Under the pieces are notes generated by a model, which was not told the origin of the DNA, did not search any database, and saw nothing but the letters and a program-made list of their open reading frames with translations. Positions 7,136 to 12,904 of a DNA stretch of 12,904 bases are shown here, in pieces. Every line of letters begins with the position of its first letter. Position 1 is the stretch's first letter. The DNA is from Candidatus Micrarchaeota archaeon (GTDB taxonomy: Archaea > Micrarchaeota > Micrarchaeia > Anstonellales > Bilamarchaeaceae). The position numbers and the translations under genes were made by a program. The stretch covers positions 1 through 12,904 of the forward strand of contig JAGVWJ010000027.1 of the NCBI GenBank assembly GCA_018304385.1. Reading direction: 5' to 3'.

Positions 7136-7947
7136 CCATAATGGCTATCGCCAAATTCTAAAGTAAGCACCTGCTCTAAAGATGTTTTTAGTTTATCTTT
7201 CTCTTTGCGTGACATATTAAGTTGTTCAATTTTTTGATCCCATTTTACAAGCGAACTCGCAATGCGTTGAAGTAAACGCTCATTATCCGTATATTTCGCA
7301 TATTGTAATAGGCAGCGAAGCGCATATTCACTCTCACTCTCACCAAGAGCTTCAATAATAGCATTTCTAAGCATATGTGAGCCTTCTACCTCTATTGCGG
7401 ATAAAAATGAAAAGTGGTAACTAAGCAATTTGGCAGCATCATCTCCTGGCAGCGAAGCAAGCATCTTAACCAATTCGATCATGCCTTCTAAAGCAAAATT
7501 GTAGTTGAACATTGAACGATAAACATTTACCCTTACTTGCGAGGGATCTATATTTGGAAATTTTCTTCTATAAAAGTCAAAGTTATACATTGTTTTAAGT
7601 TCTGAGCTTTGTGCTAAAGCCTCATGGACCATATATAAAACCAGCTGCCTTACTGTATCATTTTCTTTTTTATACATGTTTTTTATTTTTTCTATAGCTT
7701 CATCCTTTCCATTTTCTTTTACAGCAACTGGGTAAAATTTTAATGTAAAGAATGCCTGCTCCAATTCTTTGAGTGTTTTATCCATTGGATCAAGTTCTTT
7801 TTTTTCATTATCTGGTTTATCTTGTGTAGCTAGTGGCATTGGTGTTTCCTGTATTGTTTCAGTTGTTATCTGTGAAATATCTTCTATTCTAGGGGTGCTA
7901 AAATTTTTCTCCTTCCCTTTTTTTGTCTTGTTATTTTTCGATACCAT
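7132..7947 (-). CDS. Hypothetical helical protein with C-terminal HEAT/PBS-lyase-like repeats
   Basis: Long ORF with a disordered, charged N-terminus. LRNAIIEALGE...ALRCLLQY...RLLQRIASSL fits HEAT-like helical pairs. TTTTAAAA lies about 27 nt upstream of the ATG. Confidence 0.75.
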   Translation of the reverse strand: MVSKNNKTKKGKEKNFSTPRIEDISQITTETIQETPMPLATQDKPDNEKKELDPMDKTLKELEQAFFTLKFYPVAVKENGKDEAIEKIKNMYKKENDTVRQLVLYMVHEALAQSSELKTMYNFDFYRRKFPNIDPSQVRVNVYRSMFNYNFALEGMIELVKMLASLPGDDAAKLLSYHFSFLSAIEVEGSHMLRNAIIEALGESESEYALRCLLQYAKYTDNERLLQRIASSLVKWDQKIEQLNMSRKEKDKLKTSLEQVLTLEFGDSHYG

Positions 7948-8039
7948 AATGTTTTATTTATTATCTACGTTTTAAAAACATGACTGTAGATATTTGCATA
8001 ATTAATATTCTAACAAATACGTCGTAGTATTGATGGTTT

Positions 8040-8083
8040 CTATAGGGACGCAGTCTAATAAAAGCCTAAGGCTGCGTCTGTAG
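8040..8083. other. GC-rich inverted repeat / hairpin in a divergent intergenic region
   Basis: GACGCAGTCT (8047-8056) pairs with AGGCTGCGTC (8069-8078, one G-U). Outer CTATA/TGTAG pairing. Directly followed by TTTTATA. Confidence 0.65.
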
Positions 8084-8118
8084 TTTTATAGTTTCTTAAG
8101 CATTTATTTGGTGGGTTA

Positions 8119-8664
8119 ATGGTCATTTATTTCGCAACTAGTAATGAGCATAAATTTAAGGAAGCAAACGAGATCTTGTCCGCTAAAGGAATAAGTGTCG
8201 AGCACTTTAATTTTAAGCATAATGAGATTCGCTCTGATAGTTTAGAAGAAATTGCTATGGAAGCGGTTGATACAACTTTCGCACAGCTAAAGAAACCAGT
8301 ATTTGTTGAAGACACTGGACTTTTTATTGACGCGCTAAATGGATTCCCTGGGACTTATTCTGCATGGGCACTTAAAAAAATTGGGAGCGATGGAATATTA
8401 AAATTACTGAAAAGTGCGAGCAATCGAGCTGCGACATTTAAAACGTGCATTGCATTTGCTAATGGCAAAATAACAAAAACATTTTTAGGAGAGTGTAAGG
8501 GAGCAATTGCAACTAAAAAACGTGGAAAAAGCGGATTCGGTTATGACCCAATTTTTACCCCAAAAGGTTATAAGAAAACATTTGCAGAGGATTTAGAAAT
8601 TAAAGTTAAAGTATCACATCGCTTTGCTGCCTTGCAAAAGCTGACAGAATTTCTTAAAGCCTAG
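8119..8664 (+). CDS. rdgB: Non-canonical purine NTP pyrophosphatase (RdgB/HAM1)
   Basis: FATSNEHKFKE, VEDTGLFIDALNGFPGTYS, GFGYDPIF and SHR motifs. GGTGG SD. Confidence 0.96.
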   Translation: MVIYFATSNEHKFKEANEILSAKGISVEHFNFKHNEIRSDSLEEIAMEAVDTTFAQLKKPVFVEDTGLFIDALNGFPGTYSAWALKKIGSDGILKLLKSASNRAATFKTCIAFANGKITKTFLGECKGAIATKKRGKSGFGYDPIFTPKGYKKTFAEDLEIKVKVSHRFAALQKLTEFLKA

Positions 8665-8682
8665 CTTGATGTATTAGAAATT

Positions 8683-8724
8683 TCAGAGAGGGTTGCGCTA
8701 GGGGCGGAGCCCCCTGGCATCTGA
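8683..8724. other. GC-rich hairpin downstream of rdgB
   Basis: GCTAGGGGC-GGA-GCCCC(C)TGGC, enclosed by TCAGA/TCTGA. Confidence 0.55.
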
Positions 8725-8795
8725 GAGACCTAAAACCTTAAGGAGAAGTATTAAAAAGCAAACTTATCACATAATTTTATACTTTTCTTAGTAGT

Positions 8796-8909
8796 TTAGT
8801 TGTTGGTAATTAGTAATTGGTATTTGGTACGTCGCCAATAACCAAGGACCAAAAACTAATAACCGTAGACAAAGGCTAATTGCTAAAAGCTGATGGCTAA
8901 GAGCTGAAA
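8796..8909. repeat. Composite heptamer arrays in the rps15 leader: TTRGTNN x5, inverted RCYAANN x4, GCTRNNN x5
   Basis: ttagttg ttggtaa ttagtaa ttggtat ttggtac / gccaata accaagg accaaaa actaata / gctaatt gctaaaa gctgatg gctaaga gctgaaa. Confidence 0.88.
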
Positions 8910-8919
8910 TGGTATTTAT

Positions 8920-9375
8920 ATGTCTAAATTGCATTCGCGTAAAAAGGGGAAATCAGGGTCAAGGAGACCAAAATCTGCAGCTAGTGCCAAGCATGTAGAA
9001 ATGCCAAAAGAGCAGATAGAAGAACTAATATTGAAGATGGTCAAAGAAGGCACGCCTGAAGCAAAAGTGGGCCTTATTTTAAGAGACAAACATAATGTCC
9101 CTTCTGTTAAATCCGTGCTAGGTGTTAGTCTAAGTGCCTTTCTAAAGAAAAGGCAGTCATTACCTGAATATCCAGATGATCTATTAAATCTAATAAAAAA
9201 AGCAATGCGCGTTAGAAATCACTTAAGGATTGCTAAAAAGGATGTTCACAATAAAGTTAAATTGTTGCATATTGAATCAAAGATTCACAGATTAGTTAAG
9301 TATTATACTAATTCAGGTAGATTACCAGTTAGTTGGAGATATAATCCAGAGCAAGCAGCATTATTAGTAAAGTGA
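8920..9375 (+). CDS. rps15: 30S ribosomal protein S15 (uS15 / S13e type)
   Basis: MSKLHSRKKGKSGSRRP, IGLILRD-like VGLILRDKH, YPDDLLNLIKKA, KLLHIESKIHRLVKYY and WRYNPEQAALLV. Confidence 0.97.
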   Translation: MSKLHSRKKGKSGSRRPKSAASAKHVEMPKEQIEELILKMVKEGTPEAKVGLILRDKHNVPSVKSVLGVSLSAFLKKRQSLPEYPDDLLNLIKKAMRVRNHLRIAKKDVHNKVKLLHIESKIHRLVKYYTNSGRLPVSWRYNPEQAALLVK

Positions 9376-9384
9376 GGTAAGTTT

Positions 9385-9969
9385 GTGGCAATTAAAAAAA
9401 TCGTTGATAAGTGGAAGCTAAAAAAATGGTATACTGTTTTAGCGCCCCCTATGTTTGATAATAAAGAGATATGTGAAGTTGTAGCAGCTGAGGATCAGTT
9501 GCTGACAAATCGTATTGTAAGAATTAGTCTAATGGAGCTGATGTCTACTAGTTCACAAACATCCATGTTCACATTTCTTAGGTTTAGAATTAGTGGTGTT
9601 GCAGGCAATACTGCACAAACAACACTAATCGGTCACGAAGTCTCCCCATCTTATATAAAAACATTTGCTAGGCGTGGAAAAACTATATTGCACATGATTG
9701 TAGATATTAAAACCAAGGACGATGTAGGTGTTAGAATTAAGGTTGTTGGTGTTGCAACAGGTAAGATCAGTGAAACAACTAAACGCAATCTTAGAAATAC
9801 AATTGTTGAAGAGATAAAGAAAGCAGGACCTACATTTAAATATGATGAGCTTATGCAAGAGATATTATATGGCAGGTTAGTTTCAAAGATTTTCAATCAT
9901 CTTAAACAGATTACTTCTATGAAAAGATTTGAAATAAGAAAAACAGAAAAACAGGAACAGTTTACTTAG
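9385..9969 (+). CDS. rps3ae: 30S ribosomal protein S3Ae (eS1)
   Basis: DKWKLKKWYTVLAPPMF, NRIVRISLMEL, FRISGVAGNTAQT and IFNHLKQITSMKRFEIRKTE. GTG start with GAGGT SD. Confidence 0.95.
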   Translation: MAIKKIVDKWKLKKWYTVLAPPMFDNKEICEVVAAEDQLLTNRIVRISLMELMSTSSQTSMFTFLRFRISGVAGNTAQTTLIGHEVSPSYIKTFARRGKTILHMIVDIKTKDDVGVRIKVVGVATGKISETTKRNLRNTIVEEIKKAGPTFKYDELMQEILYGRLVSKIFNHLKQITSMKRFEIRKTEKQEQFT

Positions 9970-9978
9970 CTGATTTTT

Positions 9979-10305
9979 ATGATGGACCCGCGCCAGATGG
10001 AAAAAATGATGCGCCAGATGGGCATAAAAACAAAGCAGATAGAATCCTCATTAGTGACCATTGAAACATCTGACGGCAAAATACTAATAGCCGAGCCACA
10101 GGTTACTGAAGTGGATATGCAAGGTCAGAAAACATATCAAATAGCAGGCAGTGTAAAATTTGAAGCTGGCATCAGTGAAGATGACGTTAAAATGGTAATG
10201 GAGCAGGCTAATTGTTCTAGAGAGCAGGCTATGGATGCACTAAAGCAGAACAAAGGAGATATCGCGCAAGCAATTTTATCTTTGCAGGAACAGAAAAAGT
10301 CATAA
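9979..10305 (+). CDS. nac: Nascent polypeptide-associated complex protein (archaeal NAC)
   Basis: MDPRQMEKMMRQMGI, PQVTEVDMQGQKTYQIAG and the UBA-like EDDVKMVMEQANCSREQAMDALKQNKGDIAQAILSL. Confidence 0.96.
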   Translation: MMDPRQMEKMMRQMGIKTKQIESSLVTIETSDGKILIAEPQVTEVDMQGQKTYQIAGSVKFEAGISEDDVKMVMEQANCSREQAMDALKQNKGDIAQAILSLQEQKKS

Positions 10306-10334
10306 GATAATGCCCCAATAGGAATAAAAACATT

Positions 10335-10349
10335 TAATAACTAATAACC
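10335..10349. repeat. Two-unit heptamer (taataac x2) just upstream of ATG 10352
   Basis: actaataacc (10340-10349) is identical to 8855-8864 in the rps15 leader array. Short and AT-rich, so it may be chance. Confidence 0.4.
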
Positions 10350-10351
10350 TT

Positions 10352-10939
10352 ATGGCAGTTAAGAAAGAACTTTGGTTAATTTTTATTTTAATAGTTATAA
10401 TCGCAATTCTTGTTAGTGCTATCTCTTTCTTTAATGTTAATGTGGAACAGGCAGATGCTAAACGCTTTGTGCAAGAAGATTTAAAGTCAAAATACCCTAA
10501 TGCTGAAACAGAGATATTATCAGTTACAGAAAAAAAGGATGAAAAAGGCCAAAAGTATTTCGAAATAAAAGCCAAGGTTACAAGATTCGCAAATAGCGCG
10601 TGCCCTGAAAGATCCCATACTTATTATAATTACCCAAAACAGAATTTTGTTGCACCGCCAGATGAAACAATCACAACTAACTGTTCAGTCTGCAGCGATT
10701 CTTCTAAGCAATGCGTTATTGCATTTCCAGAAGAGGCAGTAATAGCATCGCATACACTTAAAGGAACAGAAGATGTTGATCGATTTGTTAATAATAAAGT
10801 TTCAGCTGTTCCAATTGTTAGACAAACAGCAAATTGGATAATTATATGGAACTCTGAGATTAGCAGCTTTTTCTATGAAGTAGAAATAAGTAAAAACGGT
10901 ACAGTGGTTTCTATTAAGAAAATAGATAAGGATCTTTAA
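10352..10939 (+). CDS. Membrane-anchored or secreted hypothetical protein with 4 Cys
   Basis: KK followed by a hydrophobic N-terminal helix (LWLIFILIVIIAILVSAISFF), then a soluble domain with SACPER and NCSVCSDSSKQC. Confidence 0.8.
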   Translation: MAVKKELWLIFILIVIIAILVSAISFFNVNVEQADAKRFVQEDLKSKYPNAETEILSVTEKKDEKGQKYFEIKAKVTRFANSACPERSHTYYNYPKQNFVAPPDETITTNCSVCSDSSKQCVIAFPEEAVIASHTLKGTEDVDRFVNNKVSAVPIVRQTANWIIIWNSEISSFFYEVEISKNGTVVSIKKIDKDL

Positions 10940-10954
10940 AGACTTAAGATTATT

Positions 10955-11923
10955 TTACTCTATCGTAACCTTATTATTTTCTATTTTGATTTCTCTTTTA
11001 ATGAATTTCTTTATTATTTCTGCGTTAGTGTGAAAATGATCCGTAATCTCACTTGTTACTAACTCTGTTTTGCCATTTGCTAACGCAGCATATAATAAAA
11101 GCTGGTCTGCAAGATGTTTGTCTACATCAGAATTACTTTCTTTCTTTAATTCATCAAGAGCTTCCTGCGCAACTTGTTCTGCGCGTTTGCCTTTTTCACC
11201 CAGTGCGTAACTGCCGCGATAATCTTGCCATGCTAACAGCGCGTTGCCAATGTCGCCTTTTTCCTCATAAATTTTCACATTTTCAATTTCATTCTGAACA
11301 AAAATTTTCTTTTCCCTTATGGCGATGCTAAGCGGTAGGTTTGAGACCCGTATTAACACTCTTACAATATTTTCTTTTTCCCATTCTGTTTTTCCATTGA
11401 ATTTAGAAGGCTCAGCTTCTATTTCTATCTCGCCCCCGCCCCTTGGGTAATATCCAGGTTTTATTATTTTTGATTTTATCTTTGCACCCATCGTGATAAT
11501 CGCTCGCATAAAAATATTTTCAAAATAATCATAGCTTGGCGCTTTCATAACGTGCGTGCCGCCAATTATGCGAACATTGCTTTCTTTCTCTGCATGAAAT
11601 AGAATTGGTAAAATGGTTTGCGCAACCAAGCAAACGCTGCCTGCAGTTCCAATGTTAAATTCATATTTTCCGCCAACTATCTCGCCCGGGTTAAAGATTA
11701 AATCCTTGCTACCAAGTTCTGCACCTTCAAGCGTGCCCCTACAAATACTACGCACTGCTTTGCATGCTGTCAAATGCTGTGCTTGCAGACCTGGATTTGG
11801 ACGCTTAGCACGAATGTTAATAATTTTAATTGGTTTTTTTGTAATTGCTGAAAGGCTCATCGCTGTCCTTATGATCTGGCCGCCACCTTCTAGGTAGTCT
11901 CCGTCAATTTCTATTAATTCCAT
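10955..11923 (-). CDS. rtcA: RNA 3'-terminal phosphate cyclase
   Basis: IDGDYLEGGGQIIRTA, IRAKRPNPGLQAQH, GTAGSVCLV, GGTHV..AP, GYYPRGGGE and DKHLADQLL (adenylated His). ATG 11923 follows GTGAT overlapping the ybaK stop. Confidence 0.96.
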   Translation of the reverse strand: MELIEIDGDYLEGGGQIIRTAMSLSAITKKPIKIINIRAKRPNPGLQAQHLTACKAVRSICRGTLEGAELGSKDLIFNPGEIVGGKYEFNIGTAGSVCLVAQTILPILFHAEKESNVRIIGGTHVMKAPSYDYFENIFMRAIITMGAKIKSKIIKPGYYPRGGGEIEIEAEPSKFNGKTEWEKENIVRVLIRVSNLPLSIAIREKKIFVQNEIENVKIYEEKGDIGNALLAWQDYRGSYALGEKGKRAEQVAQEALDELKKESNSDVDKHLADQLLLYAALANGKTELVTSEITDHFHTNAEIIKKFIKREIKIENNKVTIE

Positions 11924-11928
11924 TTTTA

Positions 11929-12396
11929 TCACTTCGTCAAATCCGCTTTTGTTGCATTATTAGTTTTAACTATCTCTAATGGTGAGCATTTAGTTAGCGA
12001 GTTCTGTGATCCACCACCACTATAAACTATTTCTTTGTTCAAAACCTCATCATCAATAAAAAATTTTGCAGAGTAACCAAAAGAAGGCGTTCCACCCATA
12101 GGATAACCTGTTTTATTTAATATCTCATCTGAGTTTGCGAGCCTAAGTTTTTTAGTTCCAATAATTATTGCGAGCTTTTTCACATCAAGTCTTTTATGTC
12201 CTGGCACAATGCAAACTATAAGTTCGTTCGTTAATTCACTAATCACGCAAACATTTTTTACAAAATCTTCTGGCTTCGCATTGGCTGAGGCTGCTGCTTC
12301 TTCCACACTGTGGCAGGATGTTTCAAAGATTAGATGCTCTGCCTTAATGTTATTTTGCTTTATGAATTCCACTAACTTTTGGTCGTATTGATTCAT
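11929..12396 (-). CDS. YbaK/EbsC (ProX-like) aminoacyl-tRNA deacylase family protein
   Basis: HSVEEAA, FVKNV, VPGHKRLDVKKL, TGYPMGGTPSFG, FIDDEVL and YSGGG motifs. Confidence 0.9.
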   Translation of the reverse strand: MNQYDQKLVEFIKQNNIKAEHLIFETSCHSVEEAAASANAKPEDFVKNVCVISELTNELIVCIVPGHKRLDVKKLAIIIGTKKLRLANSDEILNKTGYPMGGTPSFGYSAKFFIDDEVLNKEIVYSGGGSQNSLTKCSPLEIVKTNNATKADLTK

Positions 12397-12418
12397 GAAA
12401 TAGAATTTGATTAAGATG

Positions 12419-12425
12419 TTTTATA
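12419..12425 (-). promoter_or_regulatory. TATA box for a leaderless ybaK-rtcA transcript
   Basis: TATAAAA on the minus strand, centred about 26 nt upstream of ATG 12396. Confidence 0.5.
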
Positions 12426-12487
12426 GAATTATTTGTTTCTCTGTTTTTGGGTCAAACCTCTTTAAGATAAGAATTACATTAGATCAT

Positions 12488-12580
12488 AAAAAGGCTTGAA
12501 AGAGAAAGAGGCCGACGCACTGCTGCGTCGGCAAGGCGACCAGTTATCCTCCCATGCACTCAAAAAAGAGCGTTAAATCT
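12488..12580 (-). ncRNA. Candidate small non-coding RNA (about 90 nt), family unknown
   Basis: GC-rich island with a perfect 9-bp stem GCCGACGCA-4-TGCGTCGGC (12511-12532), an upstream BRE-TATA and a downstream pyrimidine/U tract. No ATG-started ORF longer than 3 codons. Confidence 0.4.
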
Positions 12581-12604
12581 AAAAGTTATTATAACTACAA
12601 CACC

Positions 12605-12619
12605 TATATAAAGCTTGCG
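12605..12619 (-). promoter_or_regulatory. BRE-TATA promoter (CGCAAGC TTTATATA)
   Basis: Near-consensus archaeal cRNAANT + TTTATATA on the minus strand, downstream of the His-rich ORF stop. Predicted TSS about 12580. Confidence 0.6.
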
Positions 12620-12646
12620 GTAGAATATTTTTCTGTGTTATTTTAA

Positions 12647-12904
12647 TCACTCAAGTGGTGGAAGTGCTGCTGCGACTATAAGTGGTGTACGTTTTATCTC
12701 TCGTAAATCGAATATTAAACCAATCGGTATTTCGTGTATTTCTGCGTGTGGGTCATGCACTGTGTCGTGCCCTACATTGCGATGCTCTCCATGCTCACTG
12801 CCCACTGCTAAATGCTCATGGCCAACATGTAATGCATACATATGAATCATCCATAGTGGGTTATGCCCGTGCCCAGACCCCATATGCGCAATATGAGCTA
12901 ATGG
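12647..12904 (-). CDS. 3' end of a His-rich protein; frame runs off the window edge
   Basis: The frame is open to base 12904 (PLAHIAH-MGSGHGH...), so ATG 12883 is probably internal. 14 His in the 85 visible codons. Confidence 0.6.
   Translation of the reverse strand, partial: PLAHIAHMGSGHGHNPLWMIHMYALHVGHEHLAVGSEHGEHRNVGHDTVHDPHAEIHEIPIGLIFDLREIKRTPLIVAAALPPLE
12791..12818 (-). repeat. Heptamer array inside the His-rich ORF
   Basis: Minus strand reads tgagcat ttagcag tgggcag tgagcat. tgggcagtgagc is identical to 5217-5228. Confidence 0.75.

Noticed and set aside
7769-8315. ORFs 7769-7975 (+) and 8127-8315 (-)
   Set aside because: Shadows of the HEAT-like gene and rdgB.
8666-8724. Possible C/D box sRNA (TTGATGT ... 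CTGA, about 58 nt)
   Set aside because: Box C is imperfect, there is no convincing C'/D' pair, and the strong internal hairpin is atypical of guide RNAs.
8698-8748. Resemblance to a TPP riboswitch (CTAGGGG...CTGAGAG-ACCT-AAAACCT...AGGAGAAG)
   Set aside because: The P4/P5 pyrophosphate-sensing arm (GAUC...GCG and its loop) is absent, and no thiamine gene lies downstream. An Rfam RF00059 scan would settle it.
9625-10575. Minus-strand ORFs 9625-9858, 9651-9896 and 10300-10575
   Set aside because: Antisense to rps3ae and the membrane-anchored protein gene.
11053-12391. Plus-strand ORFs 11053-11331, 11613-11897 and 12209-12391
   Set aside because: Antisense shadows of rtcA and ybaK.
12480-12560. 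Short peptide readings of the GC-rich island (MGG*, or a GTG-started 26-aa minus-strand frame)
   Set aside because: Too short, with no recognisable motif and no SD. The perfect hairpin explains the GC content better.
12648-12845. Cys-rich open frame on the plus strand opposite the His-rich ORF
   Set aside because: No ATG/GTG start between the upstream stop and the Cys-rich stretch. The Cys content is a by-product of the GCA/TGC-rich repeat DNA.

Overview
AT-rich archaeal chromosomal window, probably DPANN; Micrarchaeota-like is my guess from gene content and divergence. Core genes: DUF373 membrane protein, csl4-rpoL, a Sec11-type signal peptidase, rdgB, rps15-rps3ae-nac, rtcA and a YbaK/EbsC deacylase. 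Accessory content: a left-hand four-gene cluster (two paralogous membrane proteins, a coiled-coil protein with a C-terminal gluzincin metallopeptidase, and a small coupled gene), a lone glycine/sarcosine N-methyltransferase homologue, and the 3' end of a His-rich ORF at the right edge. The most striking unexplained signal is a family of degenerate 7-nt tandem arrays with core NNRGY-NN (TTAGC/TGAGC/TGGGC/TTGGT). They occupy several gene leaders and intergenic gaps, form periodic hairpins, bracket the signal peptidase gene and lie in frame inside the His-rich ORF. There is also a candidate stand-alone ~90-nt RNA with its own BRE-TATA and U-tract upstream of ybaK-rtcA, which shares a TGGT-N9-GACGCAG..TGCGTC motif with a second intergenic hairpin. 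All calls come from reading the sequence; no searches were run.
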